A DNA stretch of 64,000 nt from Kiloniellaceae bacterium (GCA_046758005.1 JBHHZJ010000007.1:163-64162), one strand, 5' to 3'; counted from the first letter of the stretch, positions 10,393 to 21,453 are shown. Translations and numbers: made by a program. Notes: a model not told the origin generated them from the letters alone.

Positions 10393-10803
10393 TCATGCCG
10401 GGGCTTTCGGGACCGCGGAGATGATCACCATCGCCTGTGCCAGGGGATAGTCGTCGGTCAGCGTCACGTCAATCTGCGCGGCCATCCCGTCCGGCGTGAT
10501 CTCCTCCAGCCGGCGGGCGGCGCCCCGGGTCAGCCGCATGGTCGGCTTGCCGCCGGACAGGTTGACCACGCCCAGGTCGCGCCAATGGACTCCGCGCCGC
10601 GGCACACCGGTGCCGAGCGCCTTGGCGCACGCCTCCTTGGCGGCGAAGCGCTTGGCATAGCTGGCGGCCCGGGCGGCGCGCCGGTCGGACTTCTTGCGCT
10701 CGACCTCGGTGAACACCCGCTCGACGAAGCGCTCGCCGAAGCGATCGAGGGTCTTCTCGATGCGGCGAATGTCGATCAGGTCGTTGCCGATGCCGAGGAT
10801 CAT
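10393..10803 (-). CDS. acpS: Holo-[acyl-carrier-protein] synthase
   Basis: 136 aa with the N-terminal [15 protein letters not shown] motif typical of AcpS. In the conserved pdxJ-acpS-lepB context. Confidence 0.9.
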   Translation of the reverse strand: MILGIGNDLIDIRRIEKTLDRFGERFVERVFTEVERKKSDRRAARAASYAKRFAAKEACAKALGTGVPRRGVHWRDLGVVNLSGGKPTMRLTRGAARRLEEITPDGMAAQIDVTLTDDYPLAQAMVIISAVPKAPA

Positions 10804-10825
10804 CGCGCCGGGACGCCTCGGAGGG

Positions 10826-11593
10826 TCATGCGCTCCGCGCTCCGCCGGCTTCGGCGCGCGCTTGGTCCATGATATCGCGCATGCGCTTGATGGCGCTGTC
10901 CAGCCCGCAGAAGATCGCCTCGCCGACCAGGAAGTGGCCGATGTTCAGCTCCACGACGTTGGGGATCGCCGCCACGTGCGGCACGGTGTCGAAGGTGAGG
11001 CCGTGGCCGGCGTGGCATTCGAGGCCGAGCCGTCCGGCCAGATCCGCCGCCTCGACGATGCGCCTCAGCTCGGCCTTGGCGCGCGGCCCCGCGCGCTCAT
11101 CGAAGAACGCCTCGCAGTACGCGCCGGTGTGCAGCTCGACGACCGGCGCGCCCAGCGCGCGGGCCGCCTCGAGCTGATGCGGCTCCGGGTCGACGAACAG
11201 GCTGACCCGGATGCCCGCCGCCGCCAGCCTGTCGCAGTAGGGCTGCAGGACCTCCCTCCCGCCGGCCGCGTCGAGACCGCCCTCGGTGGTCAGCTCCCGG
11301 CGCTTCTCCGGCACGATGCAGGCCGCGTGCGGCCGATGGCGCAAGGCGATGCGCAGCATCTCCTCGGTGGCCGCCATTTCCAGGTTGAGCGGCAGGTCGA
11401 CGCCTTCGGACAGGCGCCTGATGTCGTCGTCGGAGATGTGGCGCCGGTCCTCGCGTAGATGCGCGGTGATGCCGTCGGCGCCGGCGGCCGCGGCCAGTCG
11501 CGCGGCGCGCACCGGGTCGGGGTGCCCGCCGCCGCGCGCGTTGCGGATCGTCGCCACGTGGTCGATATTCACGCCAAGGCGCAGGTGCTGCAT
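10826..11593 (-). CDS. pdxJ: Pyridoxine 5'-phosphate synthase
   Basis: Internal ATG (11593) of a longer ORF gives 255 aa starting [21 protein letters not shown], with the later ELHTG motif. The upstream extension overlaps the DUF2062 gene. Confidence 0.92.
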   Translation of the reverse strand: MQHLRLGVNIDHVATIRNARGGGHPDPVRAARLAAAAGADGITAHLREDRRHISDDDIRRLSEGVDLPLNLEMAATEEMLRIALRHRPHAACIVPEKRRELTTEGGLDAAGGREVLQPYCDRLAAAGIRVSLFVDPEPHQLEAARALGAPVVELHTGAYCEAFFDERAGPRAKAELRRIVEAADLAGRLGLECHAGHGLTFDTVPHVAAIPNVVELNIGHFLVGEAIFCGLDSAIKRMRDIMDQARAEAGGARSA

Positions 11594-11595
11594 CG

Positions 11596-12183
11596 TCACA
11601 ATCCCTCCGGCTCTCGTTCTGCCAGGGCCGCCGCCCGGGCCCGCTGGCGCTCGGCCTTGGCCTTCCTGCGCACGCGCCGGCGGCGCACAAGCTGATATTC
11701 CGCCACTGCACCGCGAACTGGCCAGAAGAACGCGAACCACGCGACGATGGCGGTCGGAATCCCCCCGACCGTCATGGGCCAAAGGACCTCCAACGGACGT
11801 TCGAAAATGTAGTGCAAACTCAGCGTCTCTGGAAGATCGGAGATCGCCTCCCCGCCGAGCAGCCATTGCCCCAAGGTGTAGATCCAGGCCCAGATGACCG
11901 GAAAGGTCCAGGGGTTGCCCACAACGGTGCCGATCGCCGAGGCGACCAGATTTCCGCGAACCAGAAGTGCGAGCAGCGCGGCCCCGGCGAAGTGGAACCC
12001 GATGAAGGGGGTGAACGAGATCGCCGCCCCGCAGGCGAAACCGGCGGCGATCCCGTACGGCGTGCCGGGCAGGCGGCTCACCCGGTGCGCGATATAGACC
12101 GAGGCCCGGCGCCAGCCCCGGCGCGGCCAAAGGAAATCGAGCACCCGGCGGGACAGGGGCACCGGCTTGCGGCGTGAGAACAT
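11596..12183 (-). CDS. DUF2062-family membrane protein
   Basis: 195 aa. Basic N-terminus followed by hydrophobic segments ([22 protein letters not shown]) resembling DUF2062. Ends 2 nt before the pdxJ start. Confidence 0.7.
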   Translation of the reverse strand: MFSRRKPVPLSRRVLDFLWPRRGWRRASVYIAHRVSRLPGTPYGIAAGFACGAAISFTPFIGFHFAGAALLALLVRGNLVASAIGTVVGNPWTFPVIWAWIYTLGQWLLGGEAISDLPETLSLHYIFERPLEVLWPMTVGGIPTAIVAWFAFFWPVRGAVAEYQLVRRRRVRRKAKAERQRARAAALAEREPEGL

Positions 12184-12279
12184 GGCGGTGCGCCCGGCCT
12201 CAGACGCGCACGCGCGGGCCGCGGGCAGCCGGTTCGCGGCGGTGCGGCGCGCGCCCGCGGTCGTGGCGTCGGGCCGCCA

Positions 12280-14424
12280 TCACCGGCGCGCCCGTTCGAC
12301 CGAGGTGATGACCGGGGTCGCGCGCAACGCGGCGACGATGTTCGTCAGGTGCTTGACGTCGTGCACCTCGACGTCGACCAGCATCTCGAAGAAGTCGACC
12401 GAGCGGTTGGTGATCTTCAGGTTGCTGATGTTGCCGTGGTTCTTGCCGATGATGGTCGACAGGCTGCCCAGGCTGCCCGGCTCGTTCGCCACCACGACGT
12501 GCAGCCGGCCGGTGTGCGCGTCGGTACCCTCGTCCACGTCCCAGGCCAGGTCGATCCAGCGCTCGGGCGTGTCCTGGAAGGTTTCCAGCGTCTCGCAGTC
12601 GATGGTGTGCACGGTGACCCCCTTGCCGGTGGTCACGATGCCGACGATGCGCTCGCCCGGCAAGGGGTGACAGCAGTGCGCGTAGTGGACCGCCATGCCG
12701 GGAATCAGGCCCTTGATCGGCACCGCGGAGGACTTGGCCTTGTCCTCGCGCGCCCGCGCGCGGCCGAAGGGCCACATGCGCTTCGGCTTGGTGGCGTCCT
12801 TGACGCCCGGGAACACGGCGACCAGGACCTCGCGCGCGGTGTGGCTGCCCTTGCCGACGGCGGTGCAAAGGTCGTCCACGCTCTGGGCCTTGAACCTTTT
12901 GAGCACCCCGGCGAGCGCCTTGTCCGTGAACTCGTAGCCCTCCTCGCGGAAGATCTTCCGCATGATCTGGCGGCCCAGCTCGCAGTACTGCTCGCGCTCC
13001 CTCATGTGAATGAAGCGCCGGATGCGCGCCTTGGCCTTGCCGGTGACGACGAACTTCTCCCAGTCCGGCGACGGCGTCTGAGCCTTCGACGTCAGGATTT
13101 CGACCTGGTCGCCGTTCGTCAGCTGGGAGCGGAGCGGCACGATCCGCCCGTTCACCTTGGCCCCGACGCAGGTGTCGCCGACCTCCGAGTGCACCGCATA
13201 GGCGAAGTCGACCGGCGTCGCCCCGCGCGGCAGCGCGATCAGGTCGCCCTTGGGGGTGAAGCAGAAGACCTGGTCCTGGAACATCTCGAGCTTCGTGTGC
13301 TCCAGAAACTCCTCGGGGTTGGAGGCGTGTTCCAGGATGTCCAACAACTCGCGCAGCCACCGGTACTGGCGCCCGTCGACCTTCATGTCACCCTGCTTGT
13401 ACTTCCAGTGGGCGGCGACGCCGAACTCGGCCACGTCGTGCATCTCGCGGGTGCGGATCTGCACCTCGATGCGCTGACGCTCCGGCCCGATGAGGCCCGT
13501 ATGCAGGGAACGATAGCCGTTCGGCTTCGGCGTCGAGATGTAGTCCTTGAAGCGCCCCGGGACCACGGAATAGCGGCCGTGCAGTGCCCCCAGGGCCTGA
13601 TAGCACTCGCCCACCGTACCGACCACTACGCGGAAGGCCATGATGTCCGAGAGCTGCTCGAAGGCGATGTTCTGGTGCTGCATCTTGGTCCAGATCGAAT
13701 ACGGGGTCTTCATCCGGCCCGACACGCAGGCCTCGATCCCCGCCTCGCTCAACCCTCGCTGCAGTTGATCGACGATCACCTGCGGCAACTCGTCGCCGCG
13801 CGACTTGAGGAATTCGAGCCGCGCCAGAATCGACTCCCGCCCGTCCGGGTTGAGCTCGGCGAACGCCAGGTCGAGCAGCTCGTCCTTGAAACGCTGCATG
13901 CCCAGCCGCTCGGCCAGCGGCGCGTAGATGTCCATGGTCTCGCGCGCGATGCGCCGGCGCTTCTCGGGCGCGGCGACGTAACGCAGGGTGCGCATGTTGT
14001 GCAGACGGTCGGCGAGCTTGACCAGCAGCACCCGAATGTCCTCGGACATCGCCAGGACCAGCTTGCGGAAGTTCTCCGCGTCCCGGCTCTGCTCGGACTG
14101 GAGCTCGAGGCGCGAGAGCTTGGTCACGCCGTCGACCAGTCGGGCGATATCGCTGCCGAACAGGCGCTCGATGTCCACGAGCGAGGTGTCGGTGTCCTCG
14201 ACCAGGTCGTGCAGCAACGCGGTGATGATTGAGCTGTGGTCGAGCTTCAGCTCGCTGAGGATGCCGGCGACTTCGATCGGATGGGAAAAGAACGGGTCGC
14301 CGGATTCGCGGGTCTGCGAACCGTGCCTCTTCATGGCGTAGACGTAGGCGCGGTTCAGGGCGTCCTCGTCCGCCCCCGGATCGTAGGACTTGATCCGTTC
14401 GACCAACTCGAACTGCCGCATCAT
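12280..14424 (-). CDS. spoT: Bifunctional (p)ppGpp synthetase/hydrolase (RelA/SpoT homologue)
   Basis: 714 aa. HD hydrolase domain (HPIEVAGIL ... LHDLVEDT), synthetase region (YRSLHT), and TGS and ACT-like C-terminal domains. Downstream of rpoZ. Confidence 0.93.
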   Translation of the reverse strand: MMRQFELVERIKSYDPGADEDALNRAYVYAMKRHGSQTRESGDPFFSHPIEVAGILSELKLDHSSIITALLHDLVEDTDTSLVDIERLFGSDIARLVDGVTKLSRLELQSEQSRDAENFRKLVLAMSEDIRVLLVKLADRLHNMRTLRYVAAPEKRRRIARETMDIYAPLAERLGMQRFKDELLDLAFAELNPDGRESILARLEFLKSRGDELPQVIVDQLQRGLSEAGIEACVSGRMKTPYSIWTKMQHQNIAFEQLSDIMAFRVVVGTVGECYQALGALHGRYSVVPGRFKDYISTPKPNGYRSLHTGLIGPERQRIEVQIRTREMHDVAEFGVAAHWKYKQGDMKVDGRQYRWLRELLDILEHASNPEEFLEHTKLEMFQDQVFCFTPKGDLIALPRGATPVDFAYAVHSEVGDTCVGAKVNGRIVPLRSQLTNGDQVEILTSKAQTPSPDWEKFVVTGKAKARIRRFIHMREREQYCELGRQIMRKIFREEGYEFTDKALAGVLKRFKAQSVDDLCTAVGKGSHTAREVLVAVFPGVKDATKPKRMWPFGRARAREDKAKSSAVPIKGLIPGMAVHYAHCCHPLPGERIVGIVTTGKGVTVHTIDCETLETFQDTPERWIDLAWDVDEGTDAHTGRLHVVVANEPGSLGSLSTIIGKNHGNISNLKITNRSVDFFEMLVDVEVHDVKHLTNIVAALRATPVITSVERARR

Positions 14425-14542
14425 GCCCCGCTCGCGCGGCAGCTCCGGGCCGCCGTCGCCCTCCTTGCCAAACGACCTCCGCGTGCGGCCGCGCCGTGCC
14501 GCGCCGGGACGGCGGCCGGCGAGGACGCGGGCGGCGCCGGCG

Positions 14543-14968
14543 TCAGGCCTCCTCGTCTTCGCGGCCCTCCTCCTCGGGCTCGACGGTGAGGTCGTCCTCG
14601 GCCAGTTCCCCGGCCTCGTCCAACTCGTCGATGGCGAGGGCCTCGGTCATCAGGCCGTCGTCGCCGACCTCCGCGGCATCGGCACCGATCGCCAAACCGG
14701 ACAGGTCGAATTCCACCGGCTCCTCCTCGAGCTCGTCGATCTCGACGTGCTTCTGGAGCCCCTGGACCAGGGCGTTGTGCAGGTTGTCCAGGTCGACGGT
14801 CTGCTCGGCGATCTCGCGCAGCGCCACGACCGGGTTCTTGTCGTCGTCGCGCTCGATGGTCAGCAGTGACCCGGCGGTGATTTCCCGCGCACGCTGCGCC
14901 GCCAGCATGACAAGTTCGAAGCGGTTGGGAACCTTAAGGACGCAATCTTCAACCGTTACCCGCGCCAT
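14543..14968 (-). CDS. rpoZ: DNA-directed RNA polymerase subunit omega
   Basis: N-terminus MARVTVEDC...[14 protein letters not shown] is the canonical omega motif, followed by an acidic C-terminal tail. Confidence 0.92.
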   Translation of the reverse strand: MARVTVEDCVLKVPNRFELVMLAAQRAREITAGSLLTIERDDDKNPVVALREIAEQTVDLDNLHNALVQGLQKHVEIDELEEEPVEFDLSGLAIGADAAEVGDDGLMTEALAIDELDEAGELAEDDLTVEPEEEGREDEEA

Positions 14969-15080
14969 CTATGTCAAAGCTCCTGATTTAATTATACGTT
15001 TAGCGTCTTCTACGCCCAACTCGTTTGCAATATATGAACCGCGGCCGGGGAAGGCAAGGCGCTTTGCCGCCCGGGGCGGC

Positions 15081-15575
15081 CTACTCGATCGGCTCGGCGG
15101 CCTGATCGGGCGGCAGGCGCAGGGCCAGTTCCGCCGCGCTCAGGCCGCTCAGCGGGTGGCGCCACTGCGGCGCCAGCTCGGCCAGGGGCAGGACCACGAA
15201 CGCGCGCTCGGCGAGCCGCGGATGGGGCAGCACCGGGGTCTGCCCCGGCGTGCTCACCTGCAAGCCGTAGGCGAGCAAGTCGAGATCGATCATGCGGGCC
15301 TCGTTGCGCAGCCGCCGGACGCGTCCGAAGGCACGCTCGACGCCGTGCAGCACGGCGAGCAGTTCGCCCGGCCCCAGTCCGGTCTCCACTTGCGCCACGC
15401 CGTTGACGAACCAGGGCTGGTCCGAGCGGGGCACCGGGGCGCTGCGGTACCAGCGCGAACGCCGCGCCACCGCGACACCGGCCTCCTGGAGGGCCACGAG
15501 CGCCGCCGCGCAGGTGTTCACCGGGTCGCCATACCGCGGGCTCGGCAGGTTGGCGCCCAGTCCGATGAAGATCAC
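15081..15575 (-). CDS. folK: 2-amino-4-hydroxy-6-hydroxymethyldihydropteridine diphosphokinase
   Basis: 164 aa. HPPK-like IFIGLGANL start, an IDLDLL motif and a PHPRLAERAFVL-type C-terminal region. Confidence 0.88.
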   Translation of the reverse strand: MIFIGLGANLPSPRYGDPVNTCAAALVALQEAGVAVARRSRWYRSAPVPRSDQPWFVNGVAQVETGLGPGELLAVLHGVERAFGRVRRLRNEARMIDLDLLAYGLQVSTPGQTPVLPHPRLAERAFVVLPLAELAPQWRHPLSGLSAAELALRLPPDQAAEPIE

Positions 15576-15743
15576 GTTTTCGTTCCCTCCGCATCGAAGC
15601 CCTTGCGGGCATGAGCGATAAACTTAAATAATGATACAAAGATCCGGCCGATAGATGCCGGATTCGTTCCGCTGGCCGCTTGCAACGGCTTGCGCGCCAA
15701 TCAGACAGAATCGTCTTGAATATTGTTTCGCACAGAGGCCGGA

Positions 15744-16367
15744 ATGAATTTCTATCCTCAGGAACGCGTCGGCCTGTTCATTGACGGCGCCAACCTCTAC
15801 GCCACCGCACGAGCCCTCGGATTCGACATCGATTACAAGCGCCTCCAGGACCTGTTCGCCAAGCAGTGCACCTTGATCCGCGCCTTCTATTACACGGCCC
15901 TGGTCGAGGATCAGGAATACTCGCCCATTCGGCCGCTCGTGGACTGGCTGGACTACAACGGCTACACCATGGTCACCAAGCCGACCAAGGAGTTCACGGA
16001 CGCGACCGGGCGGCGCAAGATCAAGGGCAACATGGACATCGAGCTGGCCATCGACGTGATGGAGATGGCCCAGCACCTCGACCATATCGTCCTGTTCTCC
16101 GGCGACGGTGACTTTCGCCGCCTCGTCGAGGCGGTGCAGCGCAAGGGCGTGCGCGTCACGGTCGTGTCCACCGTACGCTCGCAGCCGGCCATGGTCGCCG
16201 ACGAGCTGCGCCGGCAGGCCGACGTGTTCATCGACCTGGTGGACCTCCGCGATCTGGTCGAGCGCGAGCTGCCGCCCGACCATCCGCGGGCGCGCATGCG
16301 CGTGCCGGTCGAGCCCTCCTACGGCGCGGGCGAAGACGAGGACTTCTACGAGCCCGAGCCGGTCTGA
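15744..16367 (+). CDS. NYN/LabA-like domain protein (predicted RNase fold, function unknown)
   Basis: VGLFIDGANLY and LFSGDGDF motifs of the NYN/LabA family. ATG at 15744 is preferred over the TTG at 15723. Confidence 0.85.
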   Translation: MNFYPQERVGLFIDGANLYATARALGFDIDYKRLQDLFAKQCTLIRAFYYTALVEDQEYSPIRPLVDWLDYNGYTMVTKPTKEFTDATGRRKIKGNMDIELAIDVMEMAQHLDHIVLFSGDGDFRRLVEAVQRKGVRVTVVSTVRSQPAMVADELRRQADVFIDLVDLRDLVERELPPDHPRARMRVPVEPSYGAGEDEDFYEPEPV

Positions 16368-16380
16368 GGCCAGGTACGCC

Positions 16381-17058
16381 ATGGCGCGCCGCGCGACGGC
16401 GCCCGCGGTCGCGCCCGCTGCGGCGCCGGGCGCGGGGCCGCGGCCGGATTGCGCGCTCTGTCCGCGCCTGGCCGCTTTCCGCGGCGAGAACCGCACGCGC
16501 CATCCGGAATTCCACAACGCGCCGGTCGCCTCCTTCGGGGGCCGCGACGCGCGCCTGCTGATCGTCGGCCTGGCCCCGGGGCTCAAGGGCGCCAACCGGA
16601 CGGGCCGGCCGTTTACCGGCGATTACGCCGGCGACCTCCTCTACCCCACCCTGCTCAGGTTCGGCTTCGCGCGGGGCATTTACGGCCGCCGGCCCGACGA
16701 CGGCCTCGAGCTCCTGGCCTGCCGGATCACCAACGCCGTGCGCTGCGTGCCGCCCGGGAACAAGCCGACGACCGAGGAGATCAGGACCTGCGGCGCCTTC
16801 CTCAAGGCCGAGCTGGAGGCGCTGCCGGGGCTGCGCGCGGTGCTGGCGCTGGGCGCCGTCGCCCACGGCGCGGTTCTGGCGGCGCTCGGCATCAAGAAGA
16901 ACAGCTTCGCCTTCGCCCACGGCGCGATGCACGACCTGCCCGGCGGCCTCCTGCTCGCCGACAGCTACCACTGCTCGCGCTACAACACCAATACCGGGCG
17001 GCTGAGCGTGGCGATGTTCGAAGCCGTTTTCGTCGACCTCAGGCGGCGGCTCGGCTGA
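16381..17058 (+). CDS. Uracil-DNA glycosylase superfamily protein (family 4/5-like)
   Basis: Internal ATG of a longer ORF. Motifs LLIVGLAPGLKGANRTGRPFTGD and HCSRYNTNTG match the UDG-superfamily active-site and C-terminal motifs. Confidence 0.85.
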   Translation: MARRATAPAVAPAAAPGAGPRPDCALCPRLAAFRGENRTRHPEFHNAPVASFGGRDARLLIVGLAPGLKGANRTGRPFTGDYAGDLLYPTLLRFGFARGIYGRRPDDGLELLACRITNAVRCVPPGNKPTTEEIRTCGAFLKAELEALPGLRAVLALGAVAHGAVLAALGIKKNSFAFAHGAMHDLPGGLLLADSYHCSRYNTNTGRLSVAMFEAVFVDLRRRLG

Positions 17059-17062
17059 GCGC

Positions 17063-17527
17063 TCACCCGCGCTCGCGCATGAGCCGCGCCTTCTGGCGCT
17101 CCCAGTCGCGCTTCTTCTCGCTCTCGCGCCGGTCCGCCTTGCGCTTGCCGCGGGCCAGGCCCAGTTGCGCCTTCGCGATCCCGCGTTCGTTGAAGTAGAT
17201 CGACAGCGGCAACAACGTGTACCCGCCGCGCCGGACCGAGCCGATCAGGCGGTTCAACTCGCGGCGGCGCACGAGCAGCTTGCGCGGCCGGCGCGGCTCG
17301 TGGTTGAAGCGGCTGGCCGGCTCGTAGGGAGCGATATGGGCGTTGAGCAGGTACAGCTCGCCGTCACGCTCGTAGGCGTAGGACTCGGCGATCGAGCAGC
17401 GCCCGGCGCGCAGCGACTTGACCTCGGTCCCGGTCAGCACGAGCCCGGCCTCCAGCGTGTCCTCGATGATGTAGTCGTGGCGCGCCCTTCTGTTCTGCGC
17501 GACGTGCCGTTTCGCGCCAGCGGACAT
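17063..17527 (-). CDS. smpB: SsrA-binding protein
   Basis: 154 aa. [27 protein letters not shown] is the canonical SmpB N-terminal region, followed by a basic C-terminal tail. Confidence 0.93.
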   Translation of the reverse strand: MSAGAKRHVAQNRRARHDYIIEDTLEAGLVLTGTEVKSLRAGRCSIAESYAYERDGELYLLNAHIAPYEPASRFNHEPRRPRKLLVRRRELNRLIGSVRRGGYTLLPLSIYFNERGIAKAQLGLARGKRKADRRESEKKRDWERQKARLMRERG

Positions 17528-17546
17528 ATGCGCTGCGGCCGGTCCC

Positions 17547-18434
17547 TCAGTTGATCAGGCCGGCGTGGGCCATGGCCTCGCGGACCTTCGCCTCGGTCTC
17601 CGGGCGCACGCACACGAGCGGCAGGCGCAGGCGGTTCTCGCACAGGCCGAGCACGCTGGCCGCGTACTTGACCGGCCCCGGGCTGGTCTCGACGAACAGC
17701 GCCTGGTGCAGCGGCATGAGGCGGTCGTTGATCCGGCTCACCGTCGCCAGGTCGCCGCGCTGCCAAGCCTCGTGCAGGTCGGCGCATTGGCGCGGCGCGA
17801 CGTTGGCGGTCACCGAGATGCAGCCGTGGCCGCCCTGGGCCAGAAACGGCACCACGGTCGCGTCCTCGCCCGAAAGCTGCGTGAAGTCGTGGCCGATCGC
17901 GGCCCGGGTCCTGGCCGGCCGGGTCAGGTCCGCCGTGGCGTCCTTGACCCCGACGACGTTGGGCAGCTCGGCCAGACGCGCCATGGTCCCGACGCTCATG
18001 TCGACGACGCTGCGCCCCGGGATGTTGTAAATGAGGATCGGGATGTCGACGGCGTCGTGGATCGCCTTGTAGTGCTGAAACAGGCCTTCCTGGGTCGGCT
18101 TGTTGTAATACGGAGTCACGATCAGGACCGCGTCGGCCCCGGCCTGCTTGGCGTGCCGCGTCAGGCTGATCGCCTCCTCGGTCGAATTGGAGCCGGTGCC
18201 GGCGATCACCGGCACCTTGCCCTTCGCCACCTCGATGCACAGCTCGGTCACCCGCATGTGCTCCGCGTGCGACAGGGTGGGCGACTCGGCCGTCGTGCCG
18301 CACGGCATGACCGCGTGGCTGCCCTGGTCGATCTGCCACTGCACCAAGGTCTGGAAGGCGGCCTCGTCCACGCGCCCGTTCGCAAAGGGCGTGATGAGCG
18401 CAGGGACGGAGCCTTTAAACATGGGGCCGGACAT
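17547..18434 (-). CDS. dapA: 4-hydroxy-tetrahydrodipicolinate synthase
   Basis: 295 aa. [16 protein letters not shown] and YNIPGRS motifs, with the Schiff-base Lys context VVGVKDAT. Confidence 0.93.
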   Translation of the reverse strand: MSGPMFKGSVPALITPFANGRVDEAAFQTLVQWQIDQGSHAVMPCGTTAESPTLSHAEHMRVTELCIEVAKGKVPVIAGTGSNSTEEAISLTRHAKQAGADAVLIVTPYYNKPTQEGLFQHYKAIHDAVDIPILIYNIPGRSVVDMSVGTMARLAELPNVVGVKDATADLTRPARTRAAIGHDFTQLSGEDATVVPFLAQGGHGCISVTANVAPRQCADLHEAWQRGDLATVSRINDRLMPLHQALFVETSPGPVKYAASVLGLCENRLRLPLVCVRPETEAKVREAMAHAGLIN

Positions 18435-18629
18435 GGCATCCCCCCACTCGGTCGGGAAAGAAGGCGAACTCTTCGCTCGCGAATTCCGACGATAACGGCT
18501 GGGCCGATTGGCGGCAAGGCCGACGCTTCCAGGTCATTCGGCGGGACGCCGTCGCGGCCGCGCACCCGCGGCAGGGTGTTTCGCGCCGCCGGCGCACGTG
18601 CTAAGGACGGTCGCAATGGGACGGTCGTA

Positions 18630-20687
18630 ATGACGAGAGCGGGACTGCGCAGCGTTGCCTTGTGGACTTGGCTGGTCGCCTGTCCGGCTACGGCGCAGGC
18701 GGGCGCGCCCTCGGCCTCGGGCGATTCCGCCATGCTCTCGCCGCACGACCGCAAGGTCTTCGCGAGCGCCTTCCGCGAGGTCGAGGCCAAGCGATTCCAG
18801 CAGGCCCGGGCCCTCGCGGCGCGCGCGCAGGATCCGCTGCTCGCCAAGGTCATCGTGTGGCTCGACCTGATCGAGCCCGCGCGCCCGGGCGATTTCGCGG
18901 AGGCCGCGCGATTCCTGACCCGGAACCCGGAGTGGCCCGGTCAGGCGGCGCTGCAGCTGCGCGCCGCGCGCACTATCCCGGACGACTGGCCCGACGATCA
19001 GGTGATCGCCTGGTTCCGGGGCCACCCGCCGCTCACCGCCGGGAGCGCCGTGCGCTACGCCGAGGCCCTGATGCGCGCCGGCGAGCGGGAGCGCGCGGCG
19101 AATCTGCTGCGCACGGCCTGGATCGACCGCGACTTCTCCGGCCGCGAGGAACGCGCGTTCCGCAAGCGTTACGGCCATCTGCTGCGCCGCGAGGACGACA
19201 TCGCCCGGCTGGACCGGCTCCTGTGGGACCGCGCGAGCCGCCCGGCCATGCGCCAGGCGCGGCGTCTGGGCGGCGGCTATCCGGCGCTGGCCGAGGCGCG
19301 GCTGCTGCTCGCCCGCGCGGGACCCGGCGTCGACTCGGCCATCCGGCGCGTCCCGGCCGAGCTGCGCGCCGACCCCGGCCTCATCTACGAGCGCGCCCGC
19401 TGGCGCCAGCGGCGCGGCATGTACGAGGGCGTGATCGAGCTGCTCGATCCGCCCGATCCGGCGGCGCCTCGGCCGGAGCGCTGGTGGCCGCTGCGCCACT
19501 GGGCGGCGCGCCAGGCGCTCATGAACGGCGACATCTCGCGCGCCTACCGGATCGCCGGCGGGCACGGCATGGCGGCGGGCCTGGGCTTTGCCGAGGCGGA
19601 GTGGTTGGCCGGCTGGATCGCGCTTCGCTTCCTCGATCAACCGAAGGCCGCCTACGAGCACTTCAAGCGCCTGCACCGCGGCGTCTCCTTGCCGATCAGC
19701 CTGGCGCGCAGCGCGTTCTGGGCCGGCGAAGCGGCCAGTCGCATGGACGCGCGCGACCCGGCCGGCCACTGGCACGCCACGGCCCGGCAGTGGTACGCCG
19801 CGGCCGCCGAGCACGACACAAGCTTCTACGGCCAGCTCGCCAGCCGGCGCCTCGGCCGGGCGCCAAGGGTCGACCTCTCGGTGGCCGACGCGCCGGACCA
19901 CGACGCAAGAGCCGCCTTCGGCGACCGCGAGCTGGTCCGCATCGTGCGCATGCTCGGCGAGCTCGGCCAGACCAGGCTGCAGGAGCGTTTTCTGGTCCGC
20001 CTCCAGATCCTGGCCGAGACCGCCGAGGATTACACCCTCGTGGCCGGGCTGGCCGCGGAGCAGCGACGCCCGGATCTGGCGCTGCGGGTCGCCAAGGCCG
20101 CGCGCAGCGAGGGCGTCCTCCTGCCGCGCCACCTGTTTCCCGGGCTCCCGCTGCCCGAAGGCCGCACGCCGGAGCCCGCCCTGGTGCTGGCGCTGATTCG
20201 CCAGGAAAGCGGCTTCTACCCGGCGGCGGTCAGCCGCGCCGGGGCGCGCGGCCTGATGCAGATCCTGCCGCGCACCGCCAAGCAGGTCGCGCGCCGGATC
20301 AAGGTCCGATACAACCGCAGGAATCTGCTCAGCGACCCGGAGTACAACCTCCTGCTCGGGCGCACCTACCTTTCGGACCTGCTGGAACGCTACGACGGCT
20401 CGTACCTCCTGGCGCTGGCCGCCTACAACGCCGGCCCGGCACGCGCCAGCCGTTGGATCGACGCCTTGGGCGACCCCCGCGATCCCGACGTCGATCCGGT
20501 CGACTGGATCGAAAGCATCCCCCTGGACGAGACGCGAAACTACGTGCAGCGGATCCTCGAAGGCCTGGTCGTCTACCGGCAGCGGTTGGGCGTCCACGCG
20601 GACGGGCCGGTCCTGGTGCCGCGGCTGAGCCCGCTCACGTCGTGGACGGGGGCCGCGCCGCCGGCCGATCTTTCCTGTTGCCTTTGA
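18630..20687 (+). CDS. slt: Soluble lytic murein transglycosylase (Slt70-like)
   Basis: Start at the internal ATG (18630) gives a signal peptide (MTRAGLRSVALWTWLVACPATAQA), a superhelical repeat region, and an SLT catalytic motif LIRQESGFYPAAVSRAGARGLMQI. The upstream part of the 1040-aa ORF is antisense to dapA. Confidence 0.88.
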   Translation: MTRAGLRSVALWTWLVACPATAQAGAPSASGDSAMLSPHDRKVFASAFREVEAKRFQQARALAARAQDPLLAKVIVWLDLIEPARPGDFAEAARFLTRNPEWPGQAALQLRAARTIPDDWPDDQVIAWFRGHPPLTAGSAVRYAEALMRAGERERAANLLRTAWIDRDFSGREERAFRKRYGHLLRREDDIARLDRLLWDRASRPAMRQARRLGGGYPALAEARLLLARAGPGVDSAIRRVPAELRADPGLIYERARWRQRRGMYEGVIELLDPPDPAAPRPERWWPLRHWAARQALMNGDISRAYRIAGGHGMAAGLGFAEAEWLAGWIALRFLDQPKAAYEHFKRLHRGVSLPISLARSAFWAGEAASRMDARDPAGHWHATARQWYAAAAEHDTSFYGQLASRRLGRAPRVDLSVADAPDHDARAAFGDRELVRIVRMLGELGQTRLQERFLVRLQILAETAEDYTLVAGLAAEQRRPDLALRVAKAARSEGVLLPRHLFPGLPLPEGRTPEPALVLALIRQESGFYPAAVSRAGARGLMQILPRTAKQVARRIKVRYNRRNLLSDPEYNLLLGRTYLSDLLERYDGSYLLALAAYNAGPARASRWIDALGDPRDPDVDPVDWIESIPLDETRNYVQRILEGLVVYRQRLGVHADGPVLVPRLSPLTSWTGAAPPADLSCCL

Positions 20688-20762
20688 CGGCGCGGCGCGG
20701 TTGCCTAGCGTAGCCGCGCGCGAGCCGCGCTCCACCGCAGTCACCAGTTTCGGGAGCGGTCC

Positions 20763-21449
20763 ATGACACACCCTGCCTTCGCCGACATCGGGGCGTGCGT
20801 CTTCGACGCCTACGGGACCTTATTCGACGTGCATTCGGCCGTGCGCCGCGGCGGCAGCGCGCTCGGCGAGAAAGCGGCCGCCGTCTCGGCCCTGTGGCGG
20901 CAGAAGCAGCTGGAATACACGTGGCTGCGCAGCCTGATGGGCGAGCACGTCGATTTCTGGCAGGTCACGGGCGACGGCCTCGACTTCGCTCTGGCCGCCA
21001 ACGGCGTCGAGGACCCGGCCCTGCACGGGCACCTGATGAACCTGTATCTGAGCCTGGAGGCCTATCCCGACGTCGGCGACGCGCTGGGCCGGCTGCGCGA
21101 AGGGGGCCGGAAGACCGCCATCCTGTCCAACGGCGCGCCGAAGATGTTGAACGCGGCCATCGATTCGGCGGGGCTGGAGACCCTGCTCGACTTCACGCTC
21201 TCGGTCGAGGACGTCGGCGTCTACAAGCCCGACCGGCGCGTCTACCGGCTCGCGGTCGACCGCCTGGGCATCGAGGCGCGGCGGATCTGCTTCGTCTCGA
21301 CCAACGCCTGGGACGCGGCCGGGGCCGCGCATTTCGGCTTCAACGTGGCGTGGATGAACCGCTTCGGCCAGCAGCCGGAGCGCCTGCCGGGCGAGCCCGC
21401 CGCGGTCATCACGACGCTGGCCGAGCTGCCGGGGCTTCTCGGCCTGTGA
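20763..21449 (+). CDS. Haloacid dehalogenase type II (HAD superfamily)
   Basis: 228 aa. Nucleophile motif CVFDAYGTLFDV and the SNG and NAWD motifs typical of L-2-haloacid dehalogenases. Confidence 0.85.
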   Translation: MTHPAFADIGACVFDAYGTLFDVHSAVRRGGSALGEKAAAVSALWRQKQLEYTWLRSLMGEHVDFWQVTGDGLDFALAANGVEDPALHGHLMNLYLSLEAYPDVGDALGRLREGGRKTAILSNGAPKMLNAAIDSAGLETLLDFTLSVEDVGVYKPDRRVYRLAVDRLGIEARRICFVSTNAWDAAGAAHFGFNVAWMNRFGQQPERLPGEPAAVITTLAELPGLLGL

Positions 21450-21453
21450 CGCC

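Noticed and set aside
17565-18629. N-terminal 355 aa of the 1040-aa ORF that contains the lytic transglycosylase
   Set aside because: This part is antisense to dapA and low-complexity. A proper signal peptide begins at the internal ATG at 18630, so only 18630-20687 is called.
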